A stretch of 64,000 nucleotides of DNA from Octopus sinensis. Taxonomy: Eukaryota. Position 1 is the first letter of the stretch; each line of letters starts with the position of its first letter. Shown one piece after another: positions 48,740-59,478 of the stretch. The translations under genes and the position numbers were made by a program. The notes beneath the pieces were generated by a model. It was given only the letters and a program-made list of their open reading frames with translations, ran no database searches and was not told the origin of the DNA. The DNA is taken from contig NC_043005.1 in NCBI RefSeq assembly GCF_006345805.1, forward strand, positions 16,864,001 through 16,928,000, in the 5' to 3' direction.

Positions 48740-49842
48740 GTAAGTCTTGCATATTATATATATTATTTATAGTTTTAGAAGGGGTTCTGGAAGCATAATG
48801 TGTATATACACTGTATACCACAACAGGCTCCCTCACCCAGTATGTTCTTGTCAAGCCTCTACCTGCTGTTACCTTGTCCCCTTTCCATTCAAAAATCTGG
48901 GTGGGTCTCTCCTCTGAATCACTAACTATTGACATCTCTCCTTCATTCTATCATCACCTATCCACTCATATTTACTACCAACTACTCACACTCATCCTTT
49001 TACTCTCCCCCACTCTTAAAACCTTACCCTTCTATTTCCATATCATTCATCCTTCCATCCCTCTCCTATCTACTGTATTATTCTGCTGTTGTAATTAATG
49101 AAAGCAGAACCCACTATTTATGTAGTTAGTCAACATTCCCTCTTTTCTAAGCCAGTCCTCCTATTCATATTTACCATTGATCACCCCCCCCCACTTCTGT
49201 TCATCATTCTCTATATTCACTCCCCTATATACCTCTTACCACCTCCATTCACTTCCCTTTTATACCCCTGACACCTCTCTTCATCTCTCACACTCCACCG
49301 CCTCATCACACTTTTGCATCTTTAGCCACTCTCTTAGATTCTTATCTCCCCATGCTTTTTTCTAATCATTTCCTTGAACACTTTATGCTGAATACATGTT
49401 GAATGCATCTGGCCCTTCACCTATCAGTTTATCTATCTCTTGCACTGCCCTAACCACTCACTTACTCACGTAAAATGCAGAGTAGCCACAAATCTCCTTC
49501 ACAACAACAAGCCTGTTCTTGTTCTTCCCAACATACTTCAACCACTCAACACCTCACACAAAGCAATTTCTCTCATAATCAAGGGAGTTCTTTAGTCTTT
49601 GCAAGTGACAAGGCAACCTGAATAGTGTAAGGGCCGGGGGAAAAAACGTACCTGGTATTCTCTGTAAAGTTGTTATTAGGAAGGGGACCCAGCTACAGAA
49701 ACCATGACAAATCTCAGATATTAGAGCATGACATGATCTTCTGGCTCATTGGTTCCTGTCAAAATGTCCAAACCATGCCAACAAGGAAGGTGGATGAAAA
49801 AATTATGATGATTACAAGAATTACCTGCAGTATTATATAGAG

Positions 49843-50342
49843 CAGGCCTGGCCAACTTGAATTACACTTTAATCGCAGAAAGTTTTTTGAGGGCTGCTTG
49901 TATACTTTATGCCAGTGGTTCCCAAACTATGAGTCGCGACCCACAGAGGGGTTGCGAACGGAATCTTAGTGGGTCACAAAAAGTTATAAAATTACGCATT
50001 AGCTTTGATTAACTGCTGTCTATCGAGATAGTTCAAGACTTCAAGTGGGTCATCATAAACTGGTGTGATAAATAGTGGGTCGCGACTCTAAAAAGTTTGG
50101 GAACCACTGCTTTATGCACTAATAATCAAATTACAGAATCAAGAATTTTTTATACTTTTTGTTTGTTTTAAAATTATAAAATTGTAGGCTATTGCTTTAT
50201 TGCTACTTAGAAATTTTAAAATTTATTTTGAAATAAATGTTTTACACAAACAATTTTATTTTGAAATTAAACACAATACTTCAAGAAAGTATCAAGCGGG
50301 CTGCAAGATAAAAGTCTGCAGGCCTCAGGTTAGCCAGCCCTA
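49843..50342. mobile_element. hAT-type MITE (outer)
   Basis: Termini CAGGCCTGGCCAACT and GGTTAGCCAGCCCTA; 8-bp TSD ATATAGAG/ATCTAGAG. Confidence 0.7.
49913..50109. mobile_element. hAT (Charlie-like) MITE nested in the outer element
   Basis: Perfect 16-bp TIR CAGTGGTTCCCAAACT, subterminal GTCGCGAC motifs, perfect 8-bp TSD CTTTATGC. Confidence 0.92.
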
Positions 50343-50736
50343 ATCTAGAGTATCGCCTGCGAACATTATCTATCTTATCTCCCTCTCTCCTTCCATCCCT
50401 CTCCCTTCCACCTCTCCCTCTCCCCCTTCCCCTGAAACAATTGTGAAGATCTCTTCACATGAGACCATTGGTTGCCTATTTTAACCCACAAATAAAGTGT
50501 GTGTGTATGCACATATGTAGCTATGTGGTTAGAGGTTTGCTTCCCAATGACCTGGTTTTGAGTTCAGTCATACTGAAAGGCACCTTGGAAAAGTATCTGC
50601 TATAGCCCTGGGCTAACCAAAGCCTTGTGAGTGGATTTAGTAGGAAACTGAAAGAAGCTCATTGTTTGTGTTTGTACACACACTATATATATATATATAT
50701 ATGTATAATACCTGTACATCATCTCCAAACCTTCCA

Positions 50737-50779
<43 letters not shown>

Positions 50780-51057
50780 TATATATACATACACACACAC
50801 CCACGCATATATACATACACGCGCGCATGCACACATGTATTTGTATCTCTTTGTCCTGTTGTCATGTGATAGTTGAAAATGATTGTCAGTGTTATATGAT
50901 CAGTGTCATTCATTTCTCGATATTTTGCAAAAAAAAATAGCTAGCCATAGTGAAATATTACTTTGCTTGGAAAAAGGAAGGTCGTCCAGCTGTAGAAAAT
51001 GTGCCTCTACAAACTCTGTCCAACCCATGCAAGTATGGAAAAGTGGATGTTAAAATG

Positions 51058-51101
<44 letters not shown>

Positions 51102-51105
<4 letters not shown>

Positions 51106-51432
51106 AGATAAGAAAATGGAGAAATACATCTAAATCAAATATCAATTACCAGATAATACTCCATCACATACTTTATTAAACCACCACATAAGAGTATGTG
51201 ATTGAGTATTATCTGGTAATTAATATTTGATTTAGATGTATTTCTCCATTTTCTTATCTTGTATTAGTAATTTGTGGTAAATCATTTTACTATTGCCCAT
51301 ATAATACAGTAAATGAATTGATTGCATCATAATCATTAACATTTATGTATTAACCTTGTTGGGTACTTCACTAGCAGTATATCGGATATACGTTATCCCA
51401 TAGAGGGTTGCATTTACAACCCCTATCTCAAT
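51102..51432 (+). mobile_element. (TA)n-inserted fold-back element, family H3 (no hammerhead core seen)
   Basis: About 70-bp inverted arms (51102-51172 and 51193-51263, two mismatches), a tail of about 170 bp, (TA)n on both sides. Confidence 0.8.
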
Positions 51433-51725
51433 GTGTATATATATATATATATATAAATAAATTAAATTAGAGATAAAAACCACTATTATGCAAATCAAAC
51501 AGTGAAAAACAGACCAAATTTAAATTCAAATTCAAAATTTAAATTATTTAAATTTAAAGTTAAAAATTTAAATTATTAAGTTATATTTATAAATTTATAT
51601 ATATATATATATTTTTATTATTTATTTATTTTTTATTTATTAAGTATATATAATATATATAACTATCAAAAAATATAAAAAGTTTAATATAAGATAAAAT
51701 ATATATATAATATATATATATATAT

Positions 51726-51776
<51 letters not shown>

Positions 51777-52020
51777 GAGAGAGTGAGAGAGAGGTGGCAG
51801 GCAGAATTTTGGGTAATTCTTTATTAACGCTTTTGTCTGTTAACCAAACTCTTTAAGACAAAAAATTAAAACCACCATTTTGGTTTTAATTTTTGTCTTG
51901 AGGAATTCGGTTAACGAATGAAAGCACTAATATAGAATTCTCCAAAATTCTGACTGCCTCCTTTCTCTCAATACACAAGGCATGTACACCACTTCAAACA
52001 CTCTACACACACACCCCCGT
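51777..52020 (+). mobile_element. (TA)n-associated fold-back element, family H4, with a degenerate hammerhead at 51891-51935
   Basis: Diverged arms of about 90 bp around AAAACCA-CCATTT-TGGTTTT. Right arm reads TTTTGT-CTTGAGGA-ATTCG(GTTAA)CGAAT-GAAA-GCAC-TA-ATATAG. Confidence 0.7.
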
Positions 52021-52577
52021 GTGTATGTGTATATATATATATATATATCTGTAAAATATTGGCTGTCAACATTACCCATGACCACACACACTACCCCCTT
52101 CACTACTGCTACATTACCATTGCAGCTCTCCCACCACCACCATCAGTACTACCACCATTGTAACTCTATTGTAACCACCATCACAGATACTATTACACAC
52201 CACATCCTTCACCACTGGCTCCATCACCACAACCATGCTACTGCCAATTTGTGATCGAAGAAACATGTGTTTGTCTTCAGTAATTTATATAAATATGTTA
52301 ATTAACTAGTGTTGAAATATTTGCCTAATTTATTGACCCCCCCTCTTCTTTTTTTTTCTGCTGGGGCTGAAGGATGGTAGTTTTTACAGAAGTTGGAATA
52401 ATGTCTTTTTTGGTGAACATTGAACATGCTACAGTAGTAATATACATACATCAGTTACACCACACACACACACACACACAGAGTTTATGTAGTGCATATT
52501 CCAATGCAGAGTATATGTGCATAGGCACACACACCTTTTGCAGTGAGGTATGTATAGGTGTGTATATATATATATAT

Positions 52578-52836
52578 CACCTGTGCCGGTGGCACGTGTA
52601 AAAAGATTTGAGCGAGGTCATTGCCAGTACCGTCTGACTGGCCCCCGTGTCGGTGACACGTAAAAAGCACCCGTTGCACTCTCGGAGTGGTTGGCGTTAG
52701 GAAGGGCATCCAGCTGTAGAAACTCTGCCAGATCAAGACTGGAGCCTGGTGCAGCCATCTGGTTTGCCAGCCCTCAGTCAAAACCGTCCAACCCATGCTA
52801 GCATGGAAAACGGACGTTAAATGATGATGATGATGA
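52578..52836 (+). mobile_element. Family C retroposon
   Basis: Shared 3' end and (GAT)n; subfamily resembles the 7100 copy. Confidence 0.85.
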
Positions 52837-53454
52837 CATACACACACATGCACCAACACACACACGCGCAAGCACACTAGCACCAACACACACACGCAAG
52901 CACACATTCTCTATGCATGCCTGACTTCTAAGTTTTGGACAGTTGTAGTAAAACCTCCTACTCATTTTCAGTTCTTTCTCTTGTGTGTGCGTGTATACAC
53001 ACACACACACACACACGAGGTCAACCAGTATCTAAAAAAAAAGGTTATTTATGGTAAGATCTTCCTAGGAAGTCTTGTTTCCCACATTTGTTGTGAAAGC
53101 AGAATTCATATGAATCGCTTGTTCTCTCCATACCATGCTCACCATTGTTCATTAACACCCACCCACCCTATATGCTATGACTGTGCCACTGAGTCAGTCA
53201 TGCTGTGTATATATATATTTCTCACATTTGATATTATTGATAATTCAGTTTTAGTCATCTGTACACCATGTTATTATCATTGTTGCATATCTCTCAACAC
53301 TTAACACCAACCAACCATTGTTGATTAAATCTCTTTCATACTTCTTATCTAAAAGATGGTCTCTCTCTTTCTCTCTCTCTCTATTAGTTTCTCACACACA
53401 CAACACAAAAAGTATCCAGTGTAATTTAGTGTGATAACAATAGACATATACTTA

Positions 53455-53785
53455 AGCCTGGCTCAGTGGTTAGAGCAATGGGCTTACAATCATGAGGTAG
53501 TGAGTTTGATTCCTGGATTGAGCTATGTGTTGTGTTCTTGAGCAAGACACTTTATTTCACGTTGCTCCAGTTCACTCAGCTGTAGAAATGAGTTTCTACA
53601 TCACTGGTGCCAATCTGTATCAGCCTTTGTCTTTCCCTTGGATAACATCAATGGCATGGAGAAGGGATGCTGGTTTACATGGATGACTGCTGGTCTTCCA
53701 CAAAAAACCTTGTTTCGATTTGTACTACGGAGGGGAACTTTCTAGGTGCAATCCCTTGGCCGTTCATGACCATAAAGGATCTTTA
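53455..53785 (+). mobile_element. tRNA-derived SINE (family D-related head, different tail)
   Basis: TGGCTCAGTGGTTAGAGC...GAGTTTGATTCCTGG...TGTGTTCTTGAGCAAGACACTTTATTTCACGTTGCTCCAG. Confidence 0.72.
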
Positions 53786-53948
53786 CTTCAAGCCATAAAC
53801 ATACACACATGCATGCATCTACACAGGTATACACCTCTCCCCACAGATGTGCTCCCCACAAACACAAATAGGCATGTGCATACACCCACACAACCACAGC
53901 AATAGCCACACACCTTTGCAGATATGAATGTTCCCATGCAGTTATGTA

Positions 53949-54478
53949 TTGGGTTGTCTGGAAAGTTCGTGCCAATTTATAGCAGCTTACCTTTTGACTT
54001 ATTTTAAAACATGGTTGAGTTCATAAAATAAGGATTTGACTACACCTCCATTTAGAGCACAGTTTAAGCTATCTTTTCATGGAAGAAGGTTTATGTTCCT
54101 ATAACCTGTGTTAATTCTGTAACCCTTTAACCCTTTAGTGTTCAGATTATTCTGTCAAATGTGATGTTTATTTATTTAAAACGGTTTGAATTAATCATGC
54201 ATTATCTTGTAGTTTAGAGATTTCAGAGATGTGATTTTTTTAGTTTTAGAATGACATGGTAGGGCTGAGGTGAGAGGCCAGATCTGGTCAGTTTCAATAT
54301 AAAACAGGTTAAATATTTTGGCCGGATATGGCCAGTTTGAATGCTAAAGGGTTAAAATGGAAGATAGGAAAGTTCATTTTCAGCACTTTATGCTTTGGGA
54401 ACCAGACAAAAATTGCTGCAGCTCAGCTGGGATGTGTTACCCCACCCTCCATATTCACTAGATATTGCTCCGTCATAG
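53949..54478 (+). pseudogene. Internally deleted mariner transposon remnant
   Basis: TA-TTGGGTTG left end. ATG at 54357 gives MEDRKVHFQHFMLW (mariner N-terminus), then WDVLPHPPYSLDIAPS at 54428-54475 (the YSPDLAP motif). Interrupted by a MITE. Confidence 0.82.
54127..54355. mobile_element. TTAA MITE, family 2 (uninterrupted)
   Basis: TTAACCCTTTAGTGTTCAGA ... TTTGAATGCTAAAGGGTTAA. Confidence 0.88.
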
Positions 54479-54703
54479 CAATGAATGCACTCATCCATGC
54501 AGATATGCATACACCTACTCAAATGTACACCGATGCAAATACACACACACACACACATACATTCCTACACAGGTATCCTGTTGAGTTTCTCACTAATTAA
54601 AACCGAAGGCCTCTTAGGGTCCTTTCCTTATGTTTTTGTTTGTTTCTTTTCATTTTGGCGATAATGGTTGATTGATTGATTGATTATTACCAAATTATTT
54701 CAG

Positions 54704-54818
54704 GTAACTGTTCCAAAAGGAGATCGAGAATACCATGGTGGGTCATTTGGTGAAGAAAGTTTTGTCCAGGATGATGATTACCCATTGTCGATTTTACTCC
54801 AGCATGTCTCAAAAAATG
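54704..54818 (+). CDS. AFDN: Afadin/canoe coding exon (RA2 domain, second part); not in the ORF track
   Basis: TTTCAG acceptor and G|GTAATG donor, 115 nt, phase 0 to 1. Translates VTVPKGDREYHGGSFGEESFVQDDDYPLSILLQHVSKN, aligning with afadin VMLPPG...ILDDDECPLQIFREWPSDKG. In frame with the previous exon. Confidence 0.88.
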
Positions 54819-54867
54819 GTAATGTTCTTTAAAAAAAAATCTTTCTTCTTGATCACAATCATTGTTA

Positions 54868-56020
54868 GAATGGTGAGCTGGCAGAATTGTTAGCACACCA
54901 AGCAAAATGCTTTGCATTTCATCTGTCTTTATAGTCTTGAGTTCAAATTATACCAAGGTCAGCTTTACCTTTCATCCTTTCAGGGTCGATAAAATAAGTA
55001 CCAGTTGCGTACTGGGGTTGATGTAATCGACTTAACACATTCCTTGAACTTGCTAGTTTTGTGCCAAAATTTGAAACCACCGTCATTATTATTATTATTG
55101 TCATTAAGGTGGGAAGCTGGCAGAATTGATAGCATGCCAGACAAAATGCTTAGTGGTATTTCTTCTGCCATTACGTTCTTAATTTAAATTCCGCCGAGGT
55201 TGACTTTGCCTTTCATCCTTTTGGGGGGGGGTCGATGTAATCGACTTAATCCCTTCCTCCAAACTGCCCTTGTGGTAAAAATTTGAAATCATCATCATTA
55301 TTATTATTACGGTTGTGAGCTGGCAAAATTGTTACTGTACCAAACAAAATGCTTAGGTGCGTTTCTTCTAGCTCTTTCTGTTCCAGGTTCAAATGCTACC
55401 GAGGTTGACTTTTCCTGTCATCCTCTCATGGTTGATAAGTACTGAGGCCGATGTCATCAACAAACCCACCCCACTTAAAGATGCTGACCTTGTGCCAACA
55501 TTTGAAAGAGTTGTTATTTTTAAGGTGATGGGTTGGTAGTTATTAGAGCATCAGAAAAAATACATTGTGGCATTTTACATTCAAGGTTCAAATCCCACCA
55601 ATGGTAGTTTTACCTTTCATTGCTCCAGGGTTGATAAAGTACCAGTCAAGTTTTAGAGTCATTGCAATTGGCTCCCTCCAAAACTACTGGTCTTGTGTAA
55701 AACCATTATAGGATGGTGAATGAGAAGAATCTTTAAGGCAGTATTTCTTCTGGCTTTTAACAATTGGAGTTCAAATCCCACAAGGTCAACTATACCATTT
55801 ATCTTTTCAGGGTCAAGTACTAGGATTGCTTTCATCAACTAGTTCTTTCCCACTAATTTTTGGCCATGTTCCTTGGCAGAATCACTAGAGCATTGGACAA
55901 AACGCTTTATCGTATTTCTTCCGGCTCTTTGTTACAGGTTCAAATTCTGCCAGCTTTACTTTTCATTCTTTTGAGTCAATAAACTCCTAATTAAGAACTG
56001 GGGTTGATGTAATCAATTAA
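54868..56020 (+). mobile_element. Tandem array of about six family B SINEs
   Basis: Repeated GCTGGCAGAAT...GTTCAAAT...TTTCATC...TACTGGGG units starting near 54872, 55108, 55310, 55522, 55712 and 55870. Confidence 0.78.
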
Positions 56021-56646
56021 TGAGAAATGCATTGTTTTTTTTGTTCTTTTTTCCCCCACTATCTCCCTCCAACTGTGGTAACTATGTATCTTCTCTCCAA
56101 CAAAACATCTGGTTCTGTTCCTCTGTCATACTCTAATTTGTCACCCGACAAAGCCACCTTCTCCAGTACCCCACCTCCCATTCTTAAAGGAACTTTGTCT
56201 TGCAAGTTAAGCTGGTGACTTTATTGGGGCTATTAAAAAAGCATGTAAAAAGCATCCAGTCCATGCTGTAAAGTGGTTGGTATTTGGAAGGGCATCCAGC
56301 TGCAAAAAAAACCATGTCAAAACCGACTCCACCAGTGCTGGTGTCTCATGGAAAGCACCTAGTCCATTAGGAAGGGCATCCAGACAGAAACCATGCTAAA
56401 ACAGACAGTGGAGCCTGGTGCAAACCTCAGGCTTGCCAGCTCCTGTCAAGCTGTCTAACCCATGCCAACATGGAAAATGGACATTAAATGAGGACGATGA
56501 AGGTACAGTGTTAAAAAACATAAAAACGTTGAAGGCTAAACATAAAAACCATTACCAAATATTGCACAAGAATTCTATAATAATATTTAGATTCTTAGTA
56601 TTATTTTCTGGAATGTGCTTATGTCTGTCTTTGTAGGTTATCTGTC

Positions 56647-56684
<38 letters not shown>

Positions 56685-56691
56685 TATATAT

Positions 56692-56985
56692 AAAGCACCA
56701 TCCGTTCGTGGCCGTTGCCAGCCTCGCTTGGCCCCTGAGCCGGTGGCACGTAAAAAGCACCATCCGTCCGTGGCCGTCTGCCAGCTCTGTCTGGCACCTG
56801 TGCGGGTGGCACGTAAAAAGCACCCACCGCACTCACGGAGTGGTTGGCGTTAGGAAGGGCATCCAGCTGTAGAAACACTGCCAGATCAGACTGGGCCTGA
56901 TGCAGCCTTCTGGCTTCACAGACCCCAGTTGAACCGTCCAACCCATGCTAGCATGGAAAGCGGATGCTAAATGATGATGATGATG
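56692..56985 (+). mobile_element. Family C retroposon flanked by long direct repeats
   Basis: Shared 3' end and (GAT)n; the flank 56570-56690 is repeated at 56985-57110. Confidence 0.87.
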
Positions 56986-57060
56986 AATTCTATAATAATA
57001 TTTAGATTCTTAGTATTATTTTCTGGAATGTGCTTATGTCTGTCATTGTAGGTTATCTGT

Positions 57061-57099
<39 letters not shown>

Positions 57100-58357
57100 T
57101 ATATATATATTGTGGTGCTGATGGCAGCCAACATTAAAATATCGGAATAAATTTGGGTTGAACAATAAATGATGTTTGGTTCTCCACATTTGTCATCTCT
57201 GTCATGGAAAAATTAATATTTATTATGAAGCTTGTGATGTGATGGTTGAATTATTAAAGTAGTAGAGCCTTACCATATTTAGCTATCTCTCTCTCTCTCT
57301 CTCTCTTCCCCCCTACTTCCCACTATCTCTCTCATTCAACCTTTCATGTATTTACATGTGTGTTTGTATTTGTGCTGTGTATGTACATATTTGTGTGTAT
57401 ATATTTGTATTTGTGTATCTATATATTTGTGTGTCTGTCTCTCTGACTGTGTAAGTGCGAGTGTATGTCATCTACTTAGTGGTCGTATACCCCTTCCACT
57501 ACATACTGATAAGATAATCACCAGTCATTCAAAGCTTCCTCCTCATTCCCTGGTTTATTTTAATATTTATAGTTAACTGTTAACTGGAAGAGGAGGAAAA
57601 GAAAGTACTCTTCACCTTCACAGGACCCCCCCCCCCCACTGCCCCACCAACTTCCTCAGTTTGTTAGTGGAGATCCAAAGTCACTTGAACTTTAGTTTGT
57701 GGTCTCTGGTGTAGATATAGACACTTCCACAGAGATTAACTCCTACTGCCAGGTAGGGTTAATAAGAGGGCCAACTGCAGTAAGATGGTGGCCATTTCGT
57801 TATTTAATCCCAGATCATTTCATTTCTGTTGCATCTATGATTTTGGTATCACAGCCAATGTGGCCCCTCTTTTGATGCAATTTGATTTGAGAAGGATTTA
57901 GTCCTGCGCTTCCTTCCTTGTGCTGCAGGGTTATCGAACCTTTTTAACAGCAAGAGGAAATTGCAAGTGCATAAGAACGTCTGGGAGCACATCTGTGCTG
58001 AGGGAAACGACTCTTTAATTATATAAATTCATAGATATATATAATTAGTATTGAGTTACTGTGTGGGTATTAAAGCATTTAAGACATAAATCATTTTTAT
58101 CTTTTTTTTATCTGTGGTTTTGAAGAGTTTGTTGGGGTGGGGTGGGGAGGGGTTCAAATTTGATTATGGGGGAGAGGGAAGGTCCCCATTCCTAGCATAG
58201 ATGATACTACATTAAAATGCAGCGATGAGATAAGGGAGTTGAATTAGTTTAGTTGCACACACATATATATATATATATATACACACACTGGTCCTCAAAC
58301 ATGCTGTATCCTTTCTATTTTTCTACTGCTACAACACTGTCTCTAAATCCTGAAGTT

Positions 58358-58414
<57 letters not shown>

Positions 58415-58415
<1 letters not shown>

Positions 58416-58710
58416 GAGGCGCAATGGCCCAGTGATTAGAGCAGCGAACTTGCGGTCGTAGGATCGCGGTTTCGATTCCCAGACCGGGCATTGCGAGTGT
58501 TTATTGAGCGAAAACACCTAAAAGCTCCACGAGGCTCCAGCAGGGGATGGTGATCCCTGCTGTACTCTTTCACCATTCTTTCTTCTGTTGGCCTGCTCGC
58601 TTAGCCAGCGAGGTGGCGTCATTCAAAGGCTAAAACAATGCGAAGGCATTGTGACCAGCGATGTTTAACAACATCTGATGGTCTGGTCGGTCACATGATG
58701 ATGATGATGA
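58415..58710 (+). mobile_element. tRNA-derived SINE, family D, inside (TA)n
   Basis: GGAGGCGCAATGGCCCAGTGATTAGAGC...GGTTTCGATTCCCAGACC...GAGCGAAAACACCTAAAAGCTCCACG; (GAT)n tail. Confidence 0.87.
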
Positions 58711-58716
58711 TATATA

Positions 58717-58777
<61 letters not shown>

Positions 58778-58937
58778 CACATACATACATATACACACAC
58801 ATATGTGGGCACAGGAATGAATAGCATATATATATATATATATGTGTGTGTGTGCAACTAAACTAATTCAACTCCCTTATCTCATCGCTGCATTTTAATG
58901 TAGTAACATCTATGCTATTCATTCCTGTGCCCACATA

Positions 58938-58989
<52 letters not shown>

Positions 58990-59478
58990 AACTTCAGGAT
59001 TTAGAGACAGTGTTGTAGCAGTTGGAAAAATAGAAAGGATACAGCATGCTTGAGGACCAGTGATGCATGTTATGTATGAGAAAGAAAGACTGACAGAAAG
59101 ACTGACACTAAAGGTGTTTATCCAGATGGCCTCAATTGTATTTTTTTTTCTCTTTTCCAGTTTAGGGCTGTTTGTGGTGTAGTAGTTGCTCTTTTGCAAT
59201 TTAGGTCACTCTTGAGCAACTAAACAGCTAATCTTGACTGAATCTTTTGTTTAGTCCAAGTCAGCTATGACCAAGCAGATTCACAATGAAATGTTTTCCT
59301 GTCATGGCTGTCTTATAATTAAAAAATTTTCTTTTCTTATTGCATTTTATATCCAGGTAGATGTTATTTCGTGTTTTTTTTTGTTTTTTTTTTTAAGATT
59401 TTTTTTTTTTACGATGATCTTGTGTGATTTGATGTGAATTTTGCTACTGTATCTAACAGCTTGACTGATCACATAGAG

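Noticed and set aside
57929-58018. Peptide GYRTFLTARGNCKCIRTSGSTS after a CAG, resembling afadin KCIRVSST
   Set aside because: Wrong position (downstream of the RA2 exons), ends in a stop with no donor, and only a short match; probably chance.
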